From a virus: DNA of 64,000 nt. The number at the start of each line of letters is the position of its first letter. Position 1 is the stretch's first letter. Positions 25,581-35,898 of the stretch are shown piece by piece. The stretch is from IMG/VR virus record IMGVR_UViG_3300042914_004291, positions 32,001 through 96,000 of that record. One strand, 5' to 3'. A program made the translations under genes and the position numbers. The notes beneath the pieces were generated by a model. The model was not told the DNA's origin and did not search any database. It worked only from the letters and a program-made list of their open reading frames with translations.

Positions 25581-26909
25581 TTATGAAATCAGGAAGTTTA
25601 CGAAACCTACTGAAGTGTAAGTAGTGCCGCCGCTGACACCGCCGCTTTGGCTGAGATGCAATTCATAAGATCTAGCACTGGCAGGCATTGAGAAACTAGC
25701 AACCTGATAGCTTCCTATTGTTAAAGTGTTAGTTCCGCTCCACGACAGCGTTGCCGCTGTGGCGCTATCATTCTGGTTGTACAGTGACAAACCACCAGAC
25801 ACTCCACCCATGTTCATCCCAACAGCCTCAATGCTGATGGAGGCGCCAGTAGGATGATCGGCAGGATTGATATATGCATACCCAATCACAGTTGGACTAG
25901 TCAGATTGGTTCTGCTGTACCCTGCGACTGATATCTGTCTGAAGGAGCTAGAGAATTCCCATTGACCCGAACTGTTATAATTTGTTGTGATTCCACGCCC
26001 GGTCATGAAAGGTGTTGACCCGCTGGCATACTGTATCGATGCAGTCAACCCGGAAACAAACAAAGATCCGTAAAGAAAACCATTGACTTGGTTCGGTGTT
26101 GATGACGGCACAATCTCAAACCCAGCCGGGTCGTTGATTGAGCCAGAGATAAGCCTGATCAGCACGGGACGACTGGCAAGTGGTGAATGTACATCAATTC
26201 CGCCGCTATACACATCAACAGCGCCACGAAGGCTCATGTTGACAGTCAGTGGAGTTTCGCCTGGGTCCAAGGAAAAGCTTGGACCACCCTCTGCTAGCGA
26301 TCCGGAGAACATGCTGAATGTCCCTTTGTCGGATGCGACAAAGCCACCAATGCCACTAGGATCCAGCCCGCTAGCCCACACAAAGCTTTGTGTTACAATA
26401 GTGTTCGAATTCACCAGCAGCCCAGGGCCACTGCCAAGTTCAGTGAGTTGATCAATGTCTGAGTTTGATCCGCTAAGTGTTTTCATACCAACGGTTCCAC
26501 TGACATATGTGAAATCAGAGCTTCCGCTGAAAATGTTGTTATTGTTCAATTGAATGTTTGAGTCGTTGCCACCGGGCGCCGTTGTGGCGCCCGTTAACTC
26601 AAACTGGCCAGTACTGTTGTAATTCACAGTGAGTCCAGAACCAACAAGGAACTGATTTGTTCCATCAACCGTGCGAATTGATCCAGTGATCGAGCCAGAA
26701 ACTCTTACATCGCCTCCGAAAACTGCTCGTTTTGAATTGGAACCGGAAATATAGATGAAAACATCGGTCCCAATGCTGGCAGTCGAAAAACTAGTAAGAC
26801 TACCGGCCAAGTCGCCAGCCGAACTGGAGGGGTAAATAAGCAAAGGCAACGAGCCTGAAGATATGATTCTTCCAACCCTCAACTGATCTGCACGAAAGTC
26901 AAAACTCAT
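25581..26909 (-). CDS. Putative tail fibre / virion structural protein with SGS motifs
   Basis: Repeated ISGS/VSGS/FSGS motifs, internal repeat NYNSTGQFE / NYNSSGQWE, PGGNDSNIQLN motif. Confidence 0.65.
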   Translation of the reverse strand: MSFDFRADQLRVGRIISSGSLPLLIYPSSSAGDLAGSLTSFSTASIGTDVFIYISGSNSKRAVFGGDVRVSGSITGSIRTVDGTNQFLVGSGLTVNYNSTGQFELTGATTAPGGNDSNIQLNNNNIFSGSSDFTYVSGTVGMKTLSGSNSDIDQLTELGSGPGLLVNSNTIVTQSFVWASGLDPSGIGGFVASDKGTFSMFSGSLAEGGPSFSLDPGETPLTVNMSLRGAVDVYSGGIDVHSPLASRPVLIRLISGSINDPAGFEIVPSSTPNQVNGFLYGSLFVSGLTASIQYASGSTPFMTGRGITTNYNSSGQWEFSSSFRQISVAGYSRTNLTSPTVIGYAYINPADHPTGASISIEAVGMNMGGVSGGLSLYNQNDSATAATLSWSGTNTLTIGSYQVASFSMPASARSYELHLSQSGGVSGGTTYTSVGFVNFLIS

Positions 26910-27607
26910 TGTTGTACCACTGCTAAATAATGCAGCTCGTTAAATAAAGGAGCAGATAGGCTGAGCTGAGCGCTCGTCTGTATGATGGACGCCGATGAGA
27001 TTGCAATCACATTTGCAGTGCCACTAGAACTAACATCGACAGTGCTCCAATAAAATGCTGTTGGCGTCGCGGCCAGATCAGCATATTGGAGATAGGCGTC
27101 CGAGCTGTTGCCTACGTTTTCATAACCAGCAGCAGCATAGTAAATCGTTGAGCTGCTCAAAACAGTTCGCCGCACAAATGAAGGATAGATTGGTGCGTAG
27201 ATCGCGCGATATATCAGCGCTCCAGAGAATGGTGCGGATGTTTGGATCATTGCTGTCGTGGCCGACAGGCTGCTGACAAAAAAATTAATATTGGCAGATG
27301 GGTCTGTCGTGTATTCTGGCGCTAGCGTCAACGTTATGATCGGCCTAGAGGTGAAAACAATGTTGAACGTGACACTCGCCTGAGTTTCATTGTTGAACTC
27401 AACACGATCTTCATCGTACTCGCCATAGACGATATCATCCGGATCAAACGTGAATGGATTCTGAACTAAAGGATGTGTGTTGTTGATCTGATAGGTTCTT
27501 GCACGATCAAACCATTCAGTTTGTTGTTCATACCACGACCTAGGCTGGCCGCGCGACTGGTATGTTTTCTTTGTCGTGTTTCTGCCGTAAGGTAGTATCC
27601 CAGCCAT
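26906..27607 (-). CDS. Putative virion structural protein
   Basis: First gene after late box TACTTA (27616-27621); H-lectin-like VTFNIVFTSRPII. Confidence 0.6.
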   Translation of the reverse strand: MAGILPYGRNTTKKTYQSRGQPRSWYEQQTEWFDRARTYQINNTHPLVQNPFTFDPDDIVYGEYDEDRVEFNNETQASVTFNIVFTSRPIITLTLAPEYTTDPSANINFFVSSLSATTAMIQTSAPFSGALIYRAIYAPIYPSFVRRTVLSSSTIYYAAAGYENVGNSSDAYLQYADLAATPTAFYWSTVDVSSSGTANVIAISSASIIQTSAQLSLSAPLFNELHYLAVVQQ

Positions 27608-27634
27608 AACTGGGATAAGTATAGGAGTTTTGAA

Positions 27635-29215
27635 TCAGCCTAGGATTTCGGCTGCGATTGTTGCAAGTTGCGAACGTTCACCTTTGACCAAGGAGACGTG
27701 ACCGGCAATTGGGTTGTCTTTGAATTTCTCCACTACAGCAGTCAGGCCATTGCTCACGCTGTCAACGTCATTCCTGTCGATCTGTTCAATGTCTCCGGTT
27801 AGAACGATCTTGGTGCCCTCGCCTGCGCGAGTCAGGATTGTTTTGATCTCGTGGAGAGAGGTGTTCTGCGCTTCATCGACAATGATGAACGCGTTTGAGA
27901 TCGATCGTCCGCGAATATACGTCAACGGCTGAATCTCGATGATTCCTTCGTCGAAATACGACTGGAGAATGCTTTCTAGATGGCCTTTGTCAGATATGCG
28001 CATGGTTTCTTCAAATGAGCCACCCGAAGATTTGCGTGATTTCTTGCCATGGCTCGACTTTTCTTCCCCTCCGGCCATTCCGGCGTTTATGTTCAGAATG
28101 AAGCGCAGGTTGTCTTTGATTGGAGCCATCCATGGTTCCATCTTCTCGCTCAGTCCACCAGGAAGAAATCCAATGTCTTTACCGACAGGCATAACGGGAC
28201 GGCACACAACCAATGACGCATAACGTTTTTTGTTTAGGACTTGTTCTAAACCAGCATCGAGCACGCACAAAGATTTTCCTCCACCCGCGCGGCCTGTCAG
28301 CGTGACCAACTTGACGCCTTCATCATGCAACAGGTCAAAAGCAAGACGCTGTTCTCTGTTCCGCGGCTTGATCTTGGATGAACTTCCGCCATCTCCAGAA
28401 ACCGGTTTTAGTGGGCGTTTCGGGCCGACAAATCTTGCGAGATACGAGCTCTGGCCATTGCGCACAGATAGAAACTCGTTTGGCTTCAGGCTGCTCAGAA
28501 CATTTTCTGGCAACACGGCCTCAGCTTCCTGCCCGTTCATGCTGTACAGTTCCTGCACATCGAGCTCATCACATTCCATCAGGCCAGAATAAAGTGCGGC
28601 TGCATTTGCAACAACATTTAGTTTTCTGTAATCCTCGCACGTTATGCCAACCGTCTTACATTTGATACGCAAAACTGTGTCGCGCGAGACAAGAATGCAA
28701 GATTCATTTGCATCATAAGCCATGCAGAACTCAAGGATGGTGTTATCACCAGTGTTGTGTGACTGGAGTTCAACTGGAAGATTACGCTTGTTGGCGTCCC
28801 AGCCAGCAATATCGCCAATCGAGATGATTTTCATCATTCCAAGTCCGGGGCCGCGCGTAAACCAATGCCGCATGTCGGTGACGTCAGTAGAAATTGATTT
28901 AAGTTTTCTAACGAACTCACGCGCATTGCGTCCGACCTCGTCAGGGCGGTCTTTGTGTCGATCCATCTCTTCTAGGACGATGTACGGAATCACTATGTTG
29001 TGTTCATCAAAGGCCGCAAGAACGTTACCATCCGATAGCAAAACGTTTGTGTCAAGAATATATGTCTTGATCACTTTAGCCGCGGCCACCAGCACCTCAC
29101 CACCATCAACCTCGGCAACTGATTCAGCAGCCACCTTCACTACGCGCTTCTTCTTCCCACTATCTGCTGTTTTTTTACTTGTCGTCTTTGTTGTTGTCAT
29201 GTTTTTGTCATTCAT
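27635..29215 (-). CDS. phoH: PhoH-family ATPase with N-terminal PIN domain
   Basis: PIN YILDTNVLL, VLEEMD, GDNTIL, LVSRD; PhoH GRAGGGKS, IGFLPG, YIRGRSI, IVDEAQN, LTRAGEG, TGDIEQID. Confidence 0.93.
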   Translation of the reverse strand: MNDKNMTTTKTTSKKTADSGKKKRVVKVAAESVAEVDGGEVLVAAAKVIKTYILDTNVLLSDGNVLAAFDEHNIVIPYIVLEEMDRHKDRPDEVGRNAREFVRKLKSISTDVTDMRHWFTRGPGLGMMKIISIGDIAGWDANKRNLPVELQSHNTGDNTILEFCMAYDANESCILVSRDTVLRIKCKTVGITCEDYRKLNVVANAAALYSGLMECDELDVQELYSMNGQEAEAVLPENVLSSLKPNEFLSVRNGQSSYLARFVGPKRPLKPVSGDGGSSSKIKPRNREQRLAFDLLHDEGVKLVTLTGRAGGGKSLCVLDAGLEQVLNKKRYASLVVCRPVMPVGKDIGFLPGGLSEKMEPWMAPIKDNLRFILNINAGMAGGEEKSSHGKKSRKSSGGSFEETMRISDKGHLESILQSYFDEGIIEIQPLTYIRGRSISNAFIIVDEAQNTSLHEIKTILTRAGEGTKIVLTGDIEQIDRNDVDSVSNGLTAVVEKFKDNPIAGHVSLVKGERSQLATIAAEILG

Positions 29216-29248
29216 TCATTGTTTGGCTGGTGAAACAACTATCTTCTT

Positions 29249-29785
29249 TCACGCCGCATCAGTCAAGCCGCTGCCTTCATCATGCTGTTTTGCGCTAGTA
29301 GTGTCATCTTGTTCAATCAAGACAAACTTGGGCAAAGTTTTCGACGCAGCCTGAGACTCCAGTTTTTTCAACTGTTTCTTCTTATCGAGTTTTCGTTTGC
29401 GGACTAAATGTTGCTCAAACAGCAAACTAGACTTGATCATGATCGCGATAAGTTTCTTTTGTTTCTTCAGAGCTTGGCGCATGCGTTTTCCGGCTTCGAC
29501 ACTGTTTTTGAACAAGGTTTTGTAAACTTCGCCATTCAGTTGTTCCATCACAGCGCAATACTCGTTCCAAGTTTCTAGAAGATGTAAAGATAACACAGTG
29601 ACATCGACATTTGTACCTTCGGGTGATACGGTATTGTCTTTGACAGAGCTGGCATCCCTTGCTCGCCATTTCTGTGCTGATATCTCTTTCACGGTAGGTG
29701 GCCGATTGAACTTTTCTGCATTGGTTCGTTTGGTACCAGCCTTCTTCCATTCGTTGGTTCTTTCTAGTTTTTGGTCAGTTGCCAT
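29249..29785 (-). CDS. Basic protein with possible Hc1 (histone H1-like) core
   Basis: Lys/Arg-rich; NSVEAGKRMRQALKKQKKL resembles the Hc1-type GNKAAG.RVRK..ELKK motif. Confidence 0.5.
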   Translation of the reverse strand: MATDQKLERTNEWKKAGTKRTNAEKFNRPPTVKEISAQKWRARDASSVKDNTVSPEGTNVDVTVLSLHLLETWNEYCAVMEQLNGEVYKTLFKNSVEAGKRMRQALKKQKKLIAIMIKSSLLFEQHLVRKRKLDKKKQLKKLESQAASKTLPKFVLIEQDDTTSAKQHDEGSGLTDAA

Positions 29786-29811
29786 GTTAGCACACAGTTT
29801 ACTATATTGAA

Positions 29812-30315
29812 TCAGTGTGACGCTTTGAACACGTCCATAAGAAGTTTTCCAATACTAAGAATCGCAGAAGCTATCAAGGCCCAGTATACCTTGCTCATGT
29901 TAGATTTTAGTTTAACAATCGCGTTGAGCTCATGAAGGTTTCGGCCACCGATCTCTTCCAGTTGTTTTTTCAGAGAGTCGTGGTCTTCGCGGATCTTCGC
30001 AATGTTTGCATCAGAATTTGCGAGGTCATGACTGGTCGGCAACCCATCCAGACTATCATTGATCGCTTGGAGGTCTTTTTCAACGGTTTTTATGTCGTGT
30101 TCAAGTCCTTGGATCTTGAAGAACAAACCTTTCTCTGGATCCATGATCTTTTCCTTGAACTTCTTGAGCTCAGATTCAGTGTTTTTCATGTTGTCGACCG
30201 TAGTCAACAGCTTGATCATGTCTCCGTGCAAAGGCGCGAGGTCACTAAGTTTTTTTGCCAACATTTCAAGAAGGATCCTGTCATCGTTGCTGTTCTGGTT
30301 GGTTGGTGGTGGCAT
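29812..30315 (-). CDS. Coiled-coil protein with C-terminal transmembrane helix
   Basis: Heptad pattern followed by VYWALIASAILSIGKLL; SD AAAGGAG; late box at 30382-30387. Confidence 0.65.
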   Translation of the reverse strand: MPPPTNQNSNDDRILLEMLAKKLSDLAPLHGDMIKLLTTVDNMKNTESELKKFKEKIMDPEKGLFFKIQGLEHDIKTVEKDLQAINDSLDGLPTSHDLANSDANIAKIREDHDSLKKQLEEIGGRNLHELNAIVKLKSNMSKVYWALIASAILSIGKLLMDVFKASH

Positions 30316-30457
30316 TGGCTCTTCGCAAACTCCTTTCGTGGTTCAATGTTGTGCTCTGTTAAACGATGTTTCAACAGAAACTAAGTATCCGCATTTGCTC
30401 CAGATTGTAGAATCGTGCTGCTTGCTATACAAGATTGAACTAGTTTGAAACAACTCC

Positions 30458-31954
30458 ATGGAAGCCAAAACAAGAAAAAAGCAAAGAAAACACACAATCA
30501 TCACTGACGAGACGCATACCAGAATTCTGTTGAAAAAAACTTCCGAGCAGATCCTCAACAGAATTTCTGCAACGAACAAATACAGTTTGATTTCTGATCG
30601 AGGCAATCATCTCGCCGTGGCAAATGACAGTTTCCAATCGATGTCAGCAAGAGCCAAAGCATGTTCGGATGCCGATGGGTTTGAAAGACTGTTGGTTTCG
30701 GAACTTTTGATCAATGCTGAGAACATCGAAAGACAATGTCATGGTGCGGGTGCTTTGTTCGCCAGAGTTCTACTGCAAACATTGACATGTGCCGACCAAG
30801 TGATCAAACATCAAACATCTAGATCGGAGATCAACGAAACCTACAACAGTTTGCGTCTAGGGCTCGTAGAACGTTACGTCAAGACTCCAGTGTGCATAGG
30901 AAAGAATGGACGTTTCAATGCCGCCAGCAAAACTTTAACACCCACAGTGTGCCGTGCATTAAACCTTGCAGGGCTTTTGGGCACAGTTTCCATCGAGAAG
31001 TACCATGATATCAACGGTGCCGCAGAATCGATTATAGAACGTTCTAGCGGCCATCGTTTCAGAGTGGATATCTTGCATGCGTTTCTCGGATCTTTGTCGA
31101 TGGGCCAGTTTGACACATGGGAGCGCACCGATGTGCGGGTTCTGATTGTTGATGGTGTTTTGAACACCGTGGCCGAGATTGACAAGATTCTGATCGGAGC
31201 AACCGAAACGAAGCAACCAACACTGATTCTATCCTCTTACTTTGAAGAAGAGATAGTTGCAACTGTTGCGGCGAACAACTTGGCAGGAAACTGTGACATA
31301 TTCTTGGCTTTGCTGCCGCGCGACAGTCTGGAAAGTGTCAACATGGCCAATGACGTGGCTGTGTGCTGTCTGTCAACTCCTATCAATGCGCATGGAGGAC
31401 ATGGCATGCTTGCGTTCCTGGAATATGCAGCGCTCTCCTCTGTGGAAAAAGTGCGAATCATCCCGGCCATTGCAACGCTGGAGATAATCAATCACAAGGC
31501 GCATAGCGCTGTGTCGACACAGATCCGTGGTTTGCAAGAAAAACTGACATCGCTGGCTTTATCAGGCACCGAAGACAAAGTAAGGGATGCCAGTTCGGAG
31601 CTCCTGAACAAAAGAATAACAAACCTGCTGAGCGACCGGGTCGTGATCAAAGTACCGGACAGTCAGGCTAGCAGTTCCATCCCGGAGTTTGATAATCAGA
31701 TCAGGTTTGCGAAATCCGTTTTGCAGTACGGCGAACTCAACAACACAAAGCAGCTCCGGAAATGGCTGACGTGGACAGTAAATAAATCAAATGACCCAGT
31801 GCTGTCAATGGTTGGGAAGAAGCTGTCTGAAGAACTATCTGTCAATTCAAGCCCCGTTCCTGGATTGACACCATATGCCGTGTTGTGGCTAGCATACTCT
31901 GTGGCAGTTCAGTATCTTGACGTCAAATGTGCTGTGGTGGTTGAGAAAGATTGA
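30458..31954 (+). CDS. Highly divergent GroEL/Cpn60-like chaperonin
   Basis: Apical-domain-like VLIVDGVLNTVAEIDKIL...KQPTLILSSYFEEEIVATVAANNLAG, ANDVAV, LLNKRITNL; length and domain order as in Cpn60. Confidence 0.7.
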   Translation: MEAKTRKKQRKHTIITDETHTRILLKKTSEQILNRISATNKYSLISDRGNHLAVANDSFQSMSARAKACSDADGFERLLVSELLINAENIERQCHGAGALFARVLLQTLTCADQVIKHQTSRSEINETYNSLRLGLVERYVKTPVCIGKNGRFNAASKTLTPTVCRALNLAGLLGTVSIEKYHDINGAAESIIERSSGHRFRVDILHAFLGSLSMGQFDTWERTDVRVLIVDGVLNTVAEIDKILIGATETKQPTLILSSYFEEEIVATVAANNLAGNCDIFLALLPRDSLESVNMANDVAVCCLSTPINAHGGHGMLAFLEYAALSSVEKVRIIPAIATLEIINHKAHSAVSTQIRGLQEKLTSLALSGTEDKVRDASSELLNKRITNLLSDRVVIKVPDSQASSSIPEFDNQIRFAKSVLQYGELNNTKQLRKWLTWTVNKSNDPVLSMVGKKLSEELSVNSSPVPGLTPYAVLWLAYSVAVQYLDVKCAVVVEKD

Positions 31955-31956
31955 TG

Positions 31957-32556
31957 TCAGAAGCTGTTGCGTCTAGCGGATTGTTCAAGTTTTTTCTTTG
32001 CTACTTGATCTAGCACCGCGCGAGGCAGGAAGATATCAAAATCTGGAAGTGTTGTCGCGACTCTGTCGAAATCCTCTAGCTGCATCTCTCCTATCTCTTT
32101 GAAGATTGTGCCAAAGACTGTTTTCATGTCGCTAGCTTCCGACAAAATGACTGGTGCTCTCACACTTCCGATGATGTTTTCATACATCATGTCTCTCTTG
32201 TTTGAAACGTTGCGTCCTCGGGCCTCATTCAGTGCTTTGTGAGTCCCGGCGTAGATATCGCGCACAATGCTGTAAGTCAACACGGCACTAGAGATTGAAT
32301 TAGCTATTGACTTGCTATCAGTACCAGAGCTACATTCTGTTAGCATCCTTTCTGATACCATACGCATGATTCGATGTGTTTCTGTGGCGCTTGATGGGAT
32401 TGAAGCTTCAAGTTTTTGCATCGATTCTGCCAATGCAACGATGTCTTGTTGAGATTCGAGTGGCCGAAACCCTGAACGCTTGGCAAACAGGTCTGTGACT
32501 CTTGGGAATTTTCGTTTAGTTCTTGTCATGGCCATGATAATAATTCTTTTGTACAT
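31957..32556 (-). CDS. Hypothetical protein
   Basis: 199-aa ORF convergent on the chaperonin-like gene. Confidence 0.6.
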   Translation of the reverse strand: MYKRIIIMAMTRTKRKFPRVTDLFAKRSGFRPLESQQDIVALAESMQKLEASIPSSATETHRIMRMVSERMLTECSSGTDSKSIANSISSAVLTYSIVRDIYAGTHKALNEARGRNVSNKRDMMYENIIGSVRAPVILSEASDMKTVFGTIFKEIGEMQLEDFDRVATTLPDFDIFLPRAVLDQVAKKKLEQSARRNSF

Positions 32557-32589
32557 CGGTTTGATCCAGCCAACATCATCATAGGCAAA

Positions 32590-32910
32590 ATGAGTACAGA
32601 AAAACTATCCAACTTGCGCAACACCGTAGAGAGAACCATCTTCAAAGCTGTTAAAGACAGCTCAGAAAGCGCATTCGACAAAGCCAATCTCTATGCCAGA
32701 AAAAAGAATCTTCCAATTGACCCGGCAGTTCTGAACGACGTGCTCTCAGCAATGCGTTCTAGCTTTGTTTCCGAGATGACAAACAGGCTCGACTCTCTGC
32801 ATGGCGTAACAGCCGAGGAAGTTCTGAAGGTGTTAGAAGCAGAAAACCCTACCTTGACTTCTCGCAAGAAGACAACCGCAGGAAAACAAGAGGCACAACC
32901 CGCAGCCTGA
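32590..32910 (+). CDS. Hypothetical protein
   Basis: 106-aa helical ORF. Confidence 0.65.
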   Translation: MSTEKLSNLRNTVERTIFKAVKDSSESAFDKANLYARKKNLPIDPAVLNDVLSAMRSSFVSEMTNRLDSLHGVTAEEVLKVLEAENPTLTSRKKTTAGKQEAQPAA

Positions 32911-33030
32911 ACAGCAGATTTTCGGAAATTCAACTTTCATACTTTGCTTCAAACACTTTCGCAGCATCCCTGATTGTTTTTGCCATCATAGTGTTGTCTA
33001 GAATGATGTGGTGATCTAACATTTATTACT

Positions 33031-33564
33031 ATGCCAACCAAACAGACAGACTCATCAACCGTAGAAGATGTTGTCACAAAAACTATCCGCGCCAAGAATT
33101 CTTACGCAAAACATCTTTGTGAATGTCACTGTGTCTTGCCGCAGTTCCTAGACCACCCAACTCCAAAGTTCCATCAGTTCGTCGTATTCAGCCAGTTGGA
33201 TGAAAACATGGACATCGTTCCATCCATGGTCAAATGCAATTTCTGTGGCGCAATAAGTCGTGTCGTTGGAATTGGAAAACTTGAGTCAAAACGCTACGAG
33301 CATTCAGCCGCGATAGAAGCTCTGGAAGAAATCAAAGATCAACTACCAGCAGAGCTGATCAAAAAGCTAGGCATCTATGCGGACAGTTTAGACATAGCAA
33401 CATGGCAAGAGATCAGACATGTGTTGGAAAATGATATTTGCTGGGGAGTCTGTCCAATCGTCCTAACACATGAAACCGACCAGGAAAACGGTGCATCCGT
33501 CGGCAAGGTGCTCAATATTTTTGGTAAGACAATATACAATGTCCGGACGGTATCGATAGACTAA
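33031..33564 (+). CDS. Hypothetical protein with putative zinc ribbon
   Basis: CECHC...VKCNFCG. Confidence 0.7.
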   Translation: MPTKQTDSSTVEDVVTKTIRAKNSYAKHLCECHCVLPQFLDHPTPKFHQFVVFSQLDENMDIVPSMVKCNFCGAISRVVGIGKLESKRYEHSAAIEALEEIKDQLPAELIKKLGIYADSLDIATWQEIRHVLENDICWGVCPIVLTHETDQENGASVGKVLNIFGKTIYNVRTVSID

Positions 33565-33565
33565 A

Positions 33566-33916
33566 TTGTCTATGAACACCAATGAAACAACCAGCCTAGA
33601 AAAATTTGACAGTTATCTCACAGACACTCCGGAAAGTGGAGTGGAATACATCAAACCAAAATATGTCGAGCTCACACTGACCAAAGAAAGAAAGCAAGAG
33701 CTTCGTGCACTGCTCAAAACACTGAATGATTATGGTATGTCTCAAAGAGACAAACTATTCCTGATCTACATCATGTCTTTGGAATTTGAGAGTCGCGAAG
33801 CAATGGTTGCAATCGCCGATGGTGTTAGCGCTGCCGATGAGCACATTCCGAAAAAATCACTGGTTGGTGTCAAACCACAAACTGCCAGCAAACTAATCAC
33901 TGAATTCAGCCAATAG
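33566..33916 (+). CDS. Hypothetical protein
   Basis: Starts immediately after the upstream stop (alternative ATG 33572). Confidence 0.65.
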   Translation: MSMNTNETTSLEKFDSYLTDTPESGVEYIKPKYVELTLTKERKQELRALLKTLNDYGMSQRDKLFLIYIMSLEFESREAMVAIADGVSAADEHIPKKSLVGVKPQTASKLITEFSQ

Positions 33917-34139
33917 CGATCAGTCGTACCAATTTGTCGCCAATCTTTGCTTCAACAACTCCGTGAACACTCGATCTCTCGTTGTTTGCAGCCATCAGGC
34001 GACAAGCTTCTAGCTTGTCAATCTTTGTCTGGATATTTCCATTCCCATCTTCGAAATGTACCAGCGTCTTCTTGACCTCGCGATATATGCCTTCTTTGAT
34101 CATTGGATAGTCATACTCAATGCTAGTCCATATTCTCAT
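33906..34139 (-). CDS. Hypothetical protein
   Basis: ATGA-coupled to the endolysin stop. Confidence 0.6.
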   Translation of the reverse strand: MRIWTSIEYDYPMIKEGIYREVKKTLVHFEDGNGNIQTKIDKLEACRLMAANNERSSVHGVVEAKIGDKLVRLIAIG

Positions 34140-34951
34140 TGGTAGAACTCCTCTGGGATTTCGATGAGCGAATCTACCGGTCGTTGGACGATCATTCCGT
34201 GTTTACGACCGGTGTCACGCAGCAAGCGCCTTGTCTTTGGTCCTGGAACACCGTCAGCATCCGTAACGCTCATACCGGCACTTCTTTGAATGGCTTTCCA
34301 GAAGTCTTTGTCTTCGTTCCTTCTTGGGTCAAAGAGTTTATAGCCAGCCGCCTTCAAAGCATAGAAGATGTGTGGTCCAGGGTCGCCCGGACCTCTGTTG
34401 GTTGTCTGATGGAAGTGTGCCAGAACCCCAACAAAGTCATTGCAAGTCTCCAAACGATCAATCTTTTTAGTGATTGGCTTATCCTCGCCAGTGTTCCATG
34501 GAATAACTCGCTGGATTCCATTCAGGGCAGTGATCGCATCAATGAACTGCACTGCTTTGTCGATCTGATCGGAATAGAGATCGCCATTTTCTTCTTGAAC
34601 CATCTCCATTCCAAGTGTGAACCGGTTTGCCGCGCCAGCCTGCCATGTATAGAACTTGGTAGGGTCATTCTGAACAATGAAAGATCCGTCCAGATCCTCT
34701 GTATAATCCCAGGAAACGTCTCTGTCTGTGTTTGTTTGATAGTTTGCGTATCGCTCAGCCAGTGGCCCGGGTGGAGCTTTTCCGGGTTTTACTGTGCCAA
34801 GCTTTCCGTGCACTGTGTGAAGTATGAATGCGCGTATCCAAGTCGATCTACGATCTTTGTCAGTGACTTGTTTGATTTTTGAATCATCAAGCCAACTCTT
34901 GATATCTAATCCAGGAACCTGGATGTTTCGTTCTTTATGAATGATTCCCAT
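34136..34951 (-). CDS. Endolysin: N-acetylmuramoyl-L-alanine amidase with C-terminal peptidoglycan-binding motif
   Basis: FILHTV, VSWDY, TWQAG..NRFTLGMEM, VLAHFHQ...DPG (Amidase_2); DGVPGPKT. Confidence 0.85.
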   Translation of the reverse strand: MGIIHKERNIQVPGLDIKSWLDDSKIKQVTDKDRRSTWIRAFILHTVHGKLGTVKPGKAPPGPLAERYANYQTNTDRDVSWDYTEDLDGSFIVQNDPTKFYTWQAGAANRFTLGMEMVQEENGDLYSDQIDKAVQFIDAITALNGIQRVIPWNTGEDKPITKKIDRLETCNDFVGVLAHFHQTTNRGPGDPGPHIFYALKAAGYKLFDPRRNEDKDFWKAIQRSAGMSVTDADGVPGPKTRRLLRDTGRKHGMIVQRPVDSLIEIPEEFYQ

Positions 34952-34990
34952 GCCAAGATCTTTTGACGAGATCTTGGCAGTTGTTTACTT

Positions 34991-35257
34991 TCATTCTTTA
35001 CCGGTTACTTGTCCGATTGTTGGCAATGTTTCTGCGGGGGTGACTGGTGCCTTCTTTTCATCGGCCCACTTCCTAGAGAAATACAATGCCATCAGCGGAG
35101 AGAGAAACGACATCGACGCGCCTGCGTCAAATGCTCTGATGTGTGGAGTGGCGAAAATGTTTGCTACATACCAGATGAAAGTGGCGATAAAAGCCAAAAG
35201 CATCATAGTGAATGACACACTTGGCTTCCCGCTGCTGTCTTTGAGAAATGGAATCAT
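34991..35257 (-). CDS. Putative holin
   Basis: Small protein with two hydrophobic segments and a charged tail directly upstream of the endolysin. Confidence 0.6.
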   Translation of the reverse strand: MIPFLKDSSGKPSVSFTMMLLAFIATFIWYVANIFATPHIRAFDAGASMSFLSPLMALYFSRKWADEKKAPVTPAETLPTIGQVTGKE

Positions 35258-35295
35258 GTTTGTTACAACCTTTCGTAACAAATAACTACGTTTCT

Positions 35296-35898
35296 TTAGT
35301 TCATCAACTCAGCAATGACAGCGGCCAAGCCAGCACCAATCGTCAAACCACCAAGCCCAACAAGAAAGTTTATAAGCACACCAAACCTGGAGTTGCTGGT
35401 CAGTTGCCCTCTTAGTTGATTTATTGTCTGATTCGAAGCTGCAACAGCATCTGCTGCTGATCTGACTTGGGCGACCAGGACCGATTCACGAGTTGCACTG
35501 GCCGCATCAACCAAAGAAAGATCTCTCGCTGCTTGAGCGCCAAGAGTGCGCACTGCGGCATTGCAATTATTCTGAGCTATCTCATCGCGGTAAGTCACGT
35601 TGGCTTCGACAGCAGCTTGAGCTTCGGCGTTAAGACAGAGCACATCGTAAGGTATTTGCAAAGTTTGGCCACGTGGCGCCACAAAACCCTCGCCGCCAGA
35701 GTGAGGAGCTCGATCCGGTGCAGCAACTCTTGGTAGCGCTGGTGCTGTGTACCTCTCTAAAGTTTGTTGTGAAACAAGTGATGTTCTAGCAGTTTGTGCT
35801 GCGTTATGCGTGACGGAACTGCTATTGGTGTTAGTGGCTGTTGTTGCACACGATGTCAACATCAATCCAATCAAAAGCAATTTGGTTGAGATGCTCAT
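35296..35898 (-). CDS. Lipoprotein with C-terminal transmembrane helix, spanin-like
   Basis: Signal peptide with lipobox LTSC; C-terminal FGVLINFLVGLGGLTIGAGLAAVIA. Confidence 0.65.
   Translation of the reverse strand: MSISTKLLLIGLMLTSCATTATNTNSSSVTHNAAQTARTSLVSQQTLERYTAPALPRVAAPDRAPHSGGEGFVAPRGQTLQIPYDVLCLNAEAQAAVEANVTYRDEIAQNNCNAAVRTLGAQAARDLSLVDAASATRESVLVAQVRSAADAVAASNQTINQLRGQLTSNSRFGVLINFLVGLGGLTIGAGLAAVIAELMN

Noticed and set aside
34139-34882. 247-aa plus-strand ORF
   Set aside because: Antisense shadow of the motif-bearing amidase gene; no SD or recognisable motifs
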